Assembly (NCBI GenBank): GCA_965208575.1
Contig: CBDBOV010000004.1
Location: forward strand, 1,024,001-1,088,000
Reading direction: 5' to 3'
Origin: Spirochaetia bacterium
GTDB lineage: Bacteria; Spirochaetota; Spirochaetia; SZUA-6; Bin103
Length of the DNA stretch: 64,000 nt
Shown: one piece after another, positions 30,680-39,680 of the stretch
Numbering within the stretch: the first letter of the stretch is position 1
Layout: every line of letters begins with the position of its first letter
Notes under the pieces: model-generated
What the model saw: the letters and a program-made list of their open reading frames with translations, nothing else
What the model was told of the DNA's origin: nothing
The model's database searches: none
Position numbers and translations under genes: made by a program

Positions 30680-31954
30680 TCATTTTGCCGTGCGACCGCT
30701 GCCACCACGCTCCTCGCTCGGTGTTTGCACCGTGCTTGGTGCGGCCTTGGCGGTCTTGCTGACGTTCAGCTGCAGCAGATCCTCGGTCAACCTGGTCAGC
30801 TCGCGCTTGAGGGCGACCGGATTCAACGTCGCGTACTGCTGCTTGAGGCGGTTCTTCACCTTCTCGCTCACCGACTCGGAGGCCAGCATGCGGTGATACG
30901 GCGTCTGCGGGTCGTCATAGATGCGGCGCACCTTGCTGCCGGTGCGGGTTTTCTTCACCAGCTTCACCGAGGGATAGAAGAAGTTCACCAGCAGGCACAG
31001 CGGGCGGTATATCGCGTTGAGGGCAGCCAGTTCCCGGTCGGTGTCGTAACGCAGGTGGCCGACCGCCCGTCGCACCACGTGGCCATTCTTCTGCTCGACG
31101 TAGCAGGTGTCGTTCTTGCGATGCGGGCGACCCCGAGTGAACGTGATGCCGTGCGCTTCGCAATAGCGCAGCAAATGATGATTGATGAACTCGCTGCCGT
31201 TGTCGGTGTCGATCCCCCGCATCACGATCGGCAGGCTCTGCCGGGCAGCGTCGATCGCCTCGTGGGTCCAGCGCTGCGCCTTGTTCTGCACGCCGTACAG
31301 GTCGACCCAGCCGGTGTCAACGTCGGTGATGGTGAGCGTGTGGCAGAAGTCGCCTGACGCGTTGCCGCCTTCATGGCCCACCAAGTCGATCTCGAAGAAG
31401 CCCGGCTCCTGCTCGTCCCAGTCAGCGAAGGTTCGGATCGCGATCTGATCCTTCAGGAGGGTGCCCGGCTTGGTGTGCGTGCGACCCTTCAGGCGCAGCC
31501 GTGCGCGCTCCTGCTGCAGCAGCCGGTCGATGGTCGCGGCGCTGATGGTCTGCAGCTTGCCGCGCACCGCTGCGGTCAGCTCGATCTCGCCGAACGACTC
31601 CAGCGTCGGCAGCATGGTGCGCAGCACGACCACCAGGCGCTTGCCGCACATGCAGTCGAACACGTACCAGATCAGCTTCAGAGCGACCAGCACCTCCTGG
31701 TCGTAGCGCCGCGGTCGCACGCGGCGCTGGGCAGGCCGCGGACGCCCGACCACCAGCTTCACCAGTGTGCCGTCGACTCGCACCATGCGGGTCCGTCCCC
31801 ACCAGGTCAACAGATGGATCGCGTACTTGCGCTGGTACCCGGTCGACTCGACGAACTCGTCGAGTATGCGCCCCTTCTCCTTCTTGCCCGCCCGACGATA
31901 CCGCTGCGCGTGCTGCTCGGTGAGCTCTCGCCTTGAACTCATCTTCAACCCCAT
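30680..31954 (-). CDS. DDE integrase-core transposase (rve; ISNCY/IS481-like)
   Basis: RYRRAGKKEKGRILDEF, ISAATIDRLL, PGFFEIDLVGH, GIDTDNGSEFIN, YVEQKNG, YDDPQTPY; GGAGGAG RBS. Confidence 0.92.
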   Translation of the reverse strand: MGLKMSSRRELTEQHAQRYRRAGKKEKGRILDEFVESTGYQRKYAIHLLTWWGRTRMVRVDGTLVKLVVGRPRPAQRRVRPRRYDQEVLVALKLIWYVFDCMCGKRLVVVLRTMLPTLESFGEIELTAAVRGKLQTISAATIDRLLQQERARLRLKGRTHTKPGTLLKDQIAIRTFADWDEQEPGFFEIDLVGHEGGNASGDFCHTLTITDVDTGWVDLYGVQNKAQRWTHEAIDAARQSLPIVMRGIDTDNGSEFINHHLLRYCEAHGITFTRGRPHRKNDTCYVEQKNGHVVRRAVGHLRYDTDRELAALNAIYRPLCLLVNFFYPSVKLVKKTRTGSKVRRIYDDPQTPYHRMLASESVSEKVKNRLKQQYATLNPVALKRELTRLTEDLLQLNVSKTAKAAPSTVQTPSEERGGSGRTAK

Positions 31955-32460
31955 CTCCTCCGGAACCTCCTCACGTCCCTCGGAGAGGCTCCAACCGGAC
32001 CCGGAAGGTCCAGCCCGTTCGGTTAGATTTTTAGATGAGGCATGCTTTCGCTACGGTTAGATTTTCGATGAGTCAATGCGCGCCCTTGACATGGTCAGGC
32101 GAGCGTGAGACGATGAATCGGTTTCCGGGACCAAACGGATGCGGATGAATCGCCATGACGACAGTCAGCACGGCGGACGGCTCGTGACGCTGCCGGTGTA
32201 TCCTGCCCCCGCCCCCCCTCTGTACGCCTCGCCAAGCATTTACACGAAGTACACTAACTCCTCGCACTGATCAGGCGGGACGCCCCGCGGGCCGTTTCGC
32301 CTGCACCGCCGCTCCTCCGAACGCATGCACACCCCACCGCCGGCGTTGCCGGTCATGCAGACTCGCGGCTTCGCCAGCCACCGCCGCGCGTGGCGGCGCG
32401 AGGCAGATGTCGCCTTGCCGGCTATTTCCGGCGCGCAGGCAGTGCAGAGTGATACTTAAG

Positions 32461-34437
32461 CCGAAGTTCCAGAGCGGGAATCTTGTTAATTCGTTATTGA
32501 TCTGAAAATTGCGCTCAACAGCCGATGTCCGTTACTGGCTACACTTGGGCGCTGACCTCCAGGAGATCGAAACAGCGCTGCTGCAGCGCGGTCGGTTCGC
32601 TGTGCATGGTGAACGTGGCGCCGCTATCCACTATCCGCACGCGGTTGGCCGTCAGCGTCCCCAACTCGCTCATCAGGCTGCGAAAGCTGTGCACCGGCAG
32701 ACCGTCGTCGGTACGCTTGCTCGCCGCCTTCCGGTGTGCGGCCGGTGAGCGTTCCGCCGGTTGCACCACCGACTCGCGCAGCGCCTCGCCGGCGGCGCGG
32801 TCGTGGTCGTCGAACAGCACCGGCGCCAGCTTGCTGCGCATGTGCCACTCCACGTAGTAGGCCAGCATGCACAGGAACACGTGCGCCCGCACCCGGTCAG
32901 CACTGCGGTGATAGATCGGTCGCACCTTCAGATCCACCGTTTTCATGCTGCGGAAGGCGCGCTCCACCTTGGCCAGATCCTTGTACGCCGTCACCGTCTG
33001 CTCGGCGTCGAACAGCTCCGGCTCCACGTTGGAGCGCACGATGTAGAGCCCGTCCAGTTCTTCCTCGGCCGCGATCTTGTCCAGGTCACGCACGAACGAG
33101 AACGAGTCGTCGGTGATGGTGGTGGTGAAATGCTTGCCCACCTTGTAGTGGTTGATCACCTTGCCCACCCGCAGGCCGATCGCGGCGGCGCCGCGCAGCG
33201 GCTTTTTGGCGCGCTGCGTGGCCGTCACGATCGGCGTCAGTTCCTCCTCCGTGGAGGCCAGCAACTTCTGCCTCTTGCGCTGCCGTTGCTCGGCCAGGAT
33301 CGGGTTGCGGCACACGATCAGCCGCTCGCCGGGGAACTCGGGTGAGCTGATCTCCGCCAGGTCACGCTCGTCGAACATGGTCTGCGCCACTTCGCCGGCC
33401 TCGATCAGCTTGCGGATGGTGGGCGCCCGCAGGGTCGTGATCCAGCGCAGGCCGTCGATCCCCTGCAGGTCCTCGCGGATGCGCGCGCCGGTGAGCATGC
33501 CGCGGTCGCCGACCAGCACGACGCGCTGCAAGCCGAAACGGTTGCGAATCTTGTCGACCTGAGCGGCGACCGTCTTGGGGTCACTGGTGGAGCCCTCGAA
33601 TACCTCGACGGCGATGGGACAGCCGTCTGCGGTACACAGCAGGCCGAACACGATCTGCAAGGTGCCGCGTTTGCCGTCGCGGCTGTGACCACGGCGCGCC
33701 AACGGGCAGGTGTGGCCATGGAAGTAACTGGAAGTCAGGTCGTACAACATGAGCGTGTTGTCATGCAGATGGCGCTTGGCCAAGCGCTGCTCGATGCCGT
33801 GCTGGCGAGCGAGCAGCCAATCCATGGCGGCATACAGCTCATTCTCGTCGACGGCTCCCAACTGCAGCAGGTGGCCGAGGGAGGAGACGGCGCTTTCGGG
33901 GTTGAGGCCGCGAGCGGTGGCGAGTTTGGAGCGAGCGTCGACGACGCGAGCGACGATCATGGCGACGACCAGGTCGCGTTCACGGGAGGCGGGACGAGCG
34001 ACGAGGGAATGGAGGGAGAGCTTGCGGAGGGAACCGAGGACGGCGGCGACGTGGCCGTGGGGATAGCTGCGCAAGATGGAGAGCAGTTCGTTGGGAGAGC
34101 GCAGAGCGATACCGCCGTTGAGGAGGACGCGCAAACCCTCGACGAGGTGATCGGGCCACTTGGAGAGGTTGGCGATGGTGCGTTTTTTGACCTTGCCGTG
34201 CTGGCGGAAGGACTCGCGGAGGAGGACGGCCGGGGGAGAGTTGCGGTTGGGGACGGTGTCGATGTACATGGGCACCCTACGGAGGGAATGGTAGATCATT
34301 TAATAATTACATGTCAACCAGATGAGAGAAAATTAACGCTGAACCACAGGACTATTTACATGGACACGATTTACACCCATGAACACGCTAATTCCTGTAA
34401 TAGGAAACAGTTACAAGAACGGCCTCTCAAACCTCGG
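32461..34437 (-). mobile_element. IS1634-family insertion sequence, 1977 bp, 6-bp target duplication CTTAAG
   Basis: IRs CCGAAGTTCCAGAG and rc CCGAGGTTTGAGAG; CTTAAG at 32455-32460 and 34438-34443. Confidence 0.9.
32539..34269 (-). CDS. IS1634-family transposase
   Basis: MYIDTVPNRNSPPAVLLRESFR, LYDLTSSYF, GHSRDGK, VGDRGM, YKDLAKVERAFRSMK, RPIYHR. Confidence 0.93.
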   Translation of the reverse strand: MYIDTVPNRNSPPAVLLRESFRQHGKVKKRTIANLSKWPDHLVEGLRVLLNGGIALRSPNELLSILRSYPHGHVAAVLGSLRKLSLHSLVARPASRERDLVVAMIVARVVDARSKLATARGLNPESAVSSLGHLLQLGAVDENELYAAMDWLLARQHGIEQRLAKRHLHDNTLMLYDLTSSYFHGHTCPLARRGHSRDGKRGTLQIVFGLLCTADGCPIAVEVFEGSTSDPKTVAAQVDKIRNRFGLQRVVLVGDRGMLTGARIREDLQGIDGLRWITTLRAPTIRKLIEAGEVAQTMFDERDLAEISSPEFPGERLIVCRNPILAEQRQRKRQKLLASTEEELTPIVTATQRAKKPLRGAAAIGLRVGKVINHYKVGKHFTTTITDDSFSFVRDLDKIAAEEELDGLYIVRSNVEPELFDAEQTVTAYKDLAKVERAFRSMKTVDLKVRPIYHRSADRVRAHVFLCMLAYYVEWHMRSKLAPVLFDDHDRAAGEALRESVVQPAERSPAAHRKAASKRTDDGLPVHSFRSLMSELGTLTANRVRIVDSGATFTMHSEPTALQQRCFDLLEVSAQV

Positions 34438-34613
34438 CTTAAGGAACCGCACCCGCGCGCGGTGTGAGCCCGGGCGAACCCGGTGAGTCACACGCCGCGC
34501 GCTTCCGAGAACTTGACTCTGTCTGGCCGTCCGCGTTGCGGGCCCGAGAGAGTAGCCAGGGAGCGCAAGGTCGCTCCGCAATACTTTCAATAAATCTACC
34601 TACGGAGAAGCGT

Positions 34614-36412
34614 ATGAATATGGCAAGAATCACCAGGCCCTTCGCGGTTGCGTTGGTCCTGGTCCTGACCGCCACCGGCCTGTGGGCCGCTGCCGCGGAA
34701 GAGGAGCCGGCAGCGGCGATGGAGAAGGAGATGGTGCTCGACCCGTCCACCGGCGAGATGGTCGAAGCCCCCGGTATGGAGGGACATTCACCCATGCCGA
34801 GAGGATCGGAGCTGAAACTCCTGACAGTTGGTTCAGCGGTGGCTGGGCGCCAACGTTCTTCACCAGTACCGTGCTCGAGAAGCTCGCCGTCGGGAACTGG
34901 GCAATAGATAGAGAAGTACATGGTTGGAATACCACGAGCGTACCGCTATCTACATTGAAAGGGGCACTGGCGGAAAGCTGGTCGCAGCCTGACCCGCTGA
35001 CGTTTGTCTTCAACATCCGGCAGGGCGTCCACTGGCACGACAAGGCGCCGATGAACGGTCGGGAGCTGACTGCCGATGATATCGTGTTCAACTTTCACCG
35101 CTACCTGGGTATGGGCAGTGGCTTTACCGAGAGCAGCCCGCGTCTCGGGCAACTCGCGGCTATCCCTTTCGAATCGATAGCGGCCACCGACCAATGGACG
35201 GTGGTCATGAAGCTGAAGGAGCCGAAACTCTTTTCGCTGGATATCATCGTCGACCAGTACAGTAACTGGATGTACCCCCCCGAGGTAATCAAGGAACACG
35301 GAGACGCCAGGGACTGGAGGAACCTGGTCGGCACCGGGCCCTATGAGCTGACTGACTACGTCGAGGGAGTTTCCGCTACCTTCGACAAGAACCCCAACTA
35401 CTGGGGCCACGACGAGAAGTACCCGCAGAACCGCTTGCCCTATATTGACCAGATAACGGGCCTGATCATGCCGGAGGAAGCGACCCGCCTGGCGGCACTG
35501 CGCGCGGGTACGCTTGATTACGTAGGTACTCCCGGCAACACCCAACTGAGGACGATCGACCAGGTCGACAGCGTCCGGCGCACCAGTCCCGACTTGCTGG
35601 TGTGGGAGTATCCGTATCGGTCAGATAATTCATTCGGCGTCAACGTCCAGAAGAAGCCGTTTGACGACATCCGGGTGCGCCAGGCAATGCAAATGGCACT
35701 CGATCTCGACACGATCTACGCGACCTATTACCAGGGTTACGGATCTACCAGGCCGCAGGGGGTCTACGGCGAAGAGCTGAAAGGGTGGACGACCCCCTTC
35801 GAAGAGTGGCCCGAAGCGGTCAGGAAGGTCTATACCCATGACCCGGCAGGGGCAGAAGCGTTGCTCGATGCGGCCGGGTATCCACGCGGCGCCGACGGCA
35901 CTCGCTTCAAGACCGTGTTGAACCACAACGAGCGGTACGACACGACGTTTGCGGAGCTGGTTGCCGCCCAGTGGGGTGAGGTCGGCGTCGATGTCGAGGT
36001 TCGGGTAACACCGATTCCGGAGTTTGTCGCCCTCCGAACTGAAGGAACGTTCGAGATGATCTCCGCGGAATTGGGCGGGCTTCCGAGTCCTTCGGTAGCC
36101 GGGCTGGGCGCATACTACACGCACACTTCCTGGGCCCATTCCAACGTGTCCGACCCGGTGTATGACGCCATGTACGAAGCCCAGCAGACCGCCGCCACTG
36201 AAGAGGAATCGCAGCGGCTGACGCGAGAGGGATACCTGTACGCGCTGGAGCGGCACTGGAGCATATGGGGCGGCGAAGTCCCACAGTTCAACGTGAGTCA
36301 ACCGTGGGTCAAAGGCTACAACGGTGAGATCTGGTTGGGAGTCGGGCAACAGGATACCTTCTTCTCCCGCATCTGGATTGATACTGAACTGAAGGAAGCG
36401 ATGGGCTTTTAG
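34614..36412 (+). pseudogene. Peptide/nickel ABC transporter substrate-binding protein (family 5) with a 1-nt frameshift at the C5 run 34768-34772
   Basis: Signal peptide MNMARITRPFAVALVLVLTATGLWAAAAEEE..MVEAP in one frame; RYGGTFT...LAESW, GTGPY, PFDDIRVRQAM in the next frame. A C6 run would fuse them. Confidence 0.82.
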
Positions 36413-36455
36413 GCTTGTTCCGGGGTGAGCTTGCTCCGGGGTGAGTTTGCAGCCG

Positions 36456-36508
36456 GAAGGGGGCTGGGAGGCTGTTCGCTTCGGGGCGCGGTTCCCGGCT
36501 CCCTTTCT
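36456..36508 (+). terminator. GC-rich hairpin after the binding-protein gene (terminator or stabiliser)
   Basis: GAAGGGGGCTGGGA pairs with TCCCGGCTCCCTTTC; short U tract only. Confidence 0.45.
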
Positions 36509-36531
36509 CACTGCATGATGGGGCGTGTGAC

Positions 36532-37491
36532 ATGAGAGCGTACATCATCAGGCGTCTGTTGCTGATGATCCCCACGCTGTTCATATTGACCGTGCTGGTC
36601 TTTCTGGCGGTTCGGTTCATCCCCGGCGACATCATCGACCTCATGCTCGGGCAGATGCAATACCAGTATGACGATACGTTCGACCGGGAAGCTCTGGAGC
36701 GCATGCTGGGATTGGATCTGCCTGCCTACGTGCAGTATGGACGCTGGCTCGGAGATATCCTTCTGCGCGGCACTCTTGGCGCCTCAATGGTTGGCGTTAT
36801 TCCGATCGAAGAGAGGATAATGGCCCGTTTGCCGGTCACCATCGAGCTGGGTGTCCTGGCGATCGTGATCGGGCTCGTGATAGCAATCCCGGTCGGCATC
36901 TACTCGGCGATACGCCAGGATACGGCTGCCGATTATACGGGGCGCGCCGCGGCCATCATCGGCCTGGCCACGCCCAACTTCTGGCTGGCCCTCATGGTCA
37001 TGATCTACCCCTCGATCTGGTGGGGCTGGGTACCACCGATGAAGTGGGTTCCGTTTGCCGAAGACCCGCTCGGCAATCTCAGGGTGTTCATCATTCCCAG
37101 CCTGATTCTGGGCACGGCGGGTGCCGCCGGCACCATGCGGCTGATGCGCACCACGATGCTGGAAGTGCTCAGGCAGGACTATGTCAGAACGGCGTGGGCC
37201 AAGGGTCTCAAGGAGCGCACAGTCATCGTGGGGCACGCCCTCAAGAATGCGCTCATCCCGGTGGTTACCCTGATCGGCCTGCAGCTTCCGCTCCTGGTCG
37301 GTGGATCGGTCATCATCGAGAACATCTTCAACCTGCCGGGGTTGGGTCGTCTGTTCCTGAATGCGCTCAACAGCAGAGACTACCCGGTGGTCTCGGGACT
37401 GAACCTGGTGTTCGGCGTCGCGGTGCTGGGGAGCAATCTGCTGGTCGACCTGATCTATCCCTACCTGGACCCCAGAGTCCGGTATCAATAG
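36532..37491 (+). CDS. Peptide/nickel ABC transporter permease (DppB-like)
   Basis: YIIRRLL, PGD, RLPVTIEL, TPNFWL, QDYVRTAWAKGL, HALKNA, DPRVR. Confidence 0.92.
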   Translation: MRAYIIRRLLLMIPTLFILTVLVFLAVRFIPGDIIDLMLGQMQYQYDDTFDREALERMLGLDLPAYVQYGRWLGDILLRGTLGASMVGVIPIEERIMARLPVTIELGVLAIVIGLVIAIPVGIYSAIRQDTAADYTGRAAAIIGLATPNFWLALMVMIYPSIWWGWVPPMKWVPFAEDPLGNLRVFIIPSLILGTAGAAGTMRLMRTTMLEVLRQDYVRTAWAKGLKERTVIVGHALKNALIPVVTLIGLQLPLLVGGSVIIENIFNLPGLGRLFLNALNSRDYPVVSGLNLVFGVAVLGSNLLVDLIYPYLDPRVRYQ

Positions 37492-37504
37492 AGGCGAGTA
37501 GATC

Positions 37505-38404
37505 GTGGCAATGAGTAGAGCCGGAGGGCCTGTTCGGCGGGCCGATTCCTTGGTCAGGCTGGTCAAGCGGAAGCCGTTGGGCGCGATCAGCGCGTTGATC
37601 GTATTGATATTGCTTCTCGTTGCCATCTTTGCCGACGTCCTGGCGCCCTATCCGTATGACGAAATCCACCTGATCGACCGGCTTCAGGGCCCATCGGCGC
37701 AATATCTCCTGGGCACCGACCAGGCGGGGCGAGACCTCTTGAGCCGCCTCATCTTCGGGGCGCGCGTTTCGCTGCTGGTCGGTCTGGCAGTGACCACTCT
37801 CAGCGTCGTCATCAGCACCGTGATCGGCGGCACGGCCGGATTCTTTGGCGGTCGATTCGATATTGTCTTGCAGAGATTCGTCGATGCCTGGATGGCGTTC
37901 CCGGGGCTGCTCCTGTTGTTGACGATGATGTCAATCGTGGGGCGGGGTGTGCCACAGATCATACTGGTCCTGGGGATCGCCGGAGGCATCGGCGGCAGTC
38001 GAGTAATCAGAGGCGCCGTGATCGGCATCAAGGAGAATGCGTATTTTCAGGCGGCCGACGCGGTTGGCGCCTCGAGATTGCGGACATTCATGCGCCACGT
38101 GGTGCCGAATGTCCTGCCTATCGTGATCATAACGTTCAGCGTGAGCATTGGCGGCGTAGTCCTGGCGTTGGCTTCTCTGGGCTTCCTCGGGTACGGTCTG
38201 CCTCCGGGGATTCCTGATTGGGGAGGTCTGCTCAGCCGGGAGGGACGCCAGTACATGGAGATAGCGCCGCGGCTGGCATTCTGGCCCGGTCTGTGCCTGA
38301 CGGTCACCGTGTTCAGTCTCAACATGTTCGGCGACGCCGTGCGAGACCTGCTCGACCCGCGGCTCAGGGGAGGTACGGGGCGCTTGGGTAGTCACACCGC
38401 GTAG
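37505..38404 (+). CDS. Peptide/nickel ABC transporter permease (DppC-like)
   Basis: LLGTDQAGRDLLSRLIFGARVSL, RHVVPN, LGFLGYG..PDWG, GDAVRDLLDPR. Confidence 0.92.
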   Translation: MAMSRAGGPVRRADSLVRLVKRKPLGAISALIVLILLLVAIFADVLAPYPYDEIHLIDRLQGPSAQYLLGTDQAGRDLLSRLIFGARVSLLVGLAVTTLSVVISTVIGGTAGFFGGRFDIVLQRFVDAWMAFPGLLLLLTMMSIVGRGVPQIILVLGIAGGIGGSRVIRGAVIGIKENAYFQAADAVGASRLRTFMRHVVPNVLPIVIITFSVSIGGVVLALASLGFLGYGLPPGIPDWGGLLSREGRQYMEIAPRLAFWPGLCLTVTVFSLNMFGDAVRDLLDPRLRGGTGRLGSHTA

Positions 38405-38483
38405 TCCGTACGTCGTGTCGAGCGCACGGACCTGCGGGCCGCCTTCAAGACCCTTGGCGTCACGGAGTGGCCGCGCCTGCTGA

Positions 38484-39680
38484 TCAGGTCGCGGCCGCGC
38501 GGCGCAGCTTGGCGCGAATGCGCGCCTCACGGTGCACCAGCCCGGACAGCTCACCAAGCGCGTCACGCGCGGGCGTACCGCCTCCGGGCGCACCCGCGCC
38601 ACGCGCGGGCGTACCGCCTCCGGGCGGCAGGAACGGCGCGATCGAGGCCAATGCCGCCGGCAAGTCGCGCGCCCGATGCTCGTAGTACTTGCTCAGCTCC
38701 ACCGCCGCGCGCAGGCTGCCGTGCACGCGCACCATGTCCTGCCACAGCGAGACGGCGGAACGCCAGTCGGAGGCCCGCTTGAGGTGCAGTCCGAGCAGAT
38801 TCCCGGCATCTTCGTCGCCGCCGCGGTACGCCTGGCGCAGCATGTGTGCGCCGCGCCGGTCGCCCTGCTGCAGCAGGAACGAACCCACCGCCCCGCGATC
38901 CACGCCCACCAGCGGCTCCTGATCGGCGCCCCCCGCCACCACCCCGTTGACCACCGCCAGCAGGCGCACCAGCGCCAGCACGTCCGACTCGTTGTGCCGG
39001 AACACCGCCGGCAACTCGCCAAGCACTCCCCGGCGCAGACTGTCGAAGTAGATCTCCGGCGCCATCCAGCCCGGAATGTCGTCGCCGCGCCGCACGTCCA
39101 GCACCTCCTGCTCGATGGTGGTCAGCCGGCAGTTGTCGAGCAGCCGCCGCCAGAAACGGCGCGCCAGGTAGAGCAGGTCGAGCTGGTAGCCGAGCGCCAT
39201 GGTCACCCCGGACATCACCAGGCGCGTCCTGAGAATGGTGGAATCGAACGCCTTGCCGTTGTAGGACACGAACACACCGAAGCGCGAGAACAGGTCGCGC
39301 AAGTGCTCCAGGAACCGCTGTTCTCCGGGGAAGTCGGCCAGAAACACCTGGTGGAAGCGCACGCGCGGCCCCTCCACCCAGCCGCAGCCGACCAGGAAGA
39401 TCACCGTTCCCGCGCCCGCCAGGCCGGTAGTCTCGGTGTCCCAGAACAGGCAGTCGCCGATCCGGCACTCGTCGGGCAGCAGCCGGCTGGCCGCATCGCC
39501 GCCGGCGACGCGCGGCGGCACCGGCGCCTCGCCGTCGCGCCCATATACGCAGGGTGCGATCTCGCGCCAGCCGGCTGCCAGGAGCTGCTCCGGCACCCGC
39601 GACGCTCCCGCCGGCGGATGCGGCTCCGCCAGCTCGGACCCGGTCACCATGCCGAGCCGTTCCCGGACCGACGCGCTCAC
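38484..39680 (-). CDS. YprB/MrfB-like RNase H-fold (DEDD) exonuclease with TPR-like tail
   Basis: LFWDTETTGL, VSYNGKAFD, DLLYLARR, DDIPG, HNESDV, ELSKYYEH; GTGA overlap with the helicase stop. Confidence 0.85.
   Translation of the reverse strand: MSASVRERLGMVTGSELAEPHPPAGASRVPEQLLAAGWREIAPCVYGRDGEAPVPPRVAGGDAASRLLPDECRIGDCLFWDTETTGLAGAGTVIFLVGCGWVEGPRVRFHQVFLADFPGEQRFLEHLRDLFSRFGVFVSYNGKAFDSTILRTRLVMSGVTMALGYQLDLLYLARRFWRRLLDNCRLTTIEQEVLDVRRGDDIPGWMAPEIYFDSLRRGVLGELPAVFRHNESDVLALVRLLAVVNGVVAGGADQEPLVGVDRGAVGSFLLQQGDRRGAHMLRQAYRGGDEDAGNLLGLHLKRASDWRSAVSLWQDMVRVHGSLRAAVELSKYYEHRARDLPAALASIAPFLPPGGGTPARGAGAPGGGTPARDALGELSGLVHREARIRAKLRRAAAT

Larger units (their letters stand above)
28286..32080 (-). 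mobile_element. 3,795-bp composite IS/transposon, copy 1; 5-bp target duplication CGCCC
   Basis: Matches 60198-63992 (same ORF translations, offset 31912). Ends CCTATTGCCTCACGTAAAAATCTAACC and rc CGCATTGACTCATCGAAAATCTAACC, each with a second subterminal copy. CGCCC at 28281-28285 and 32081-32085. Confidence 0.93.
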
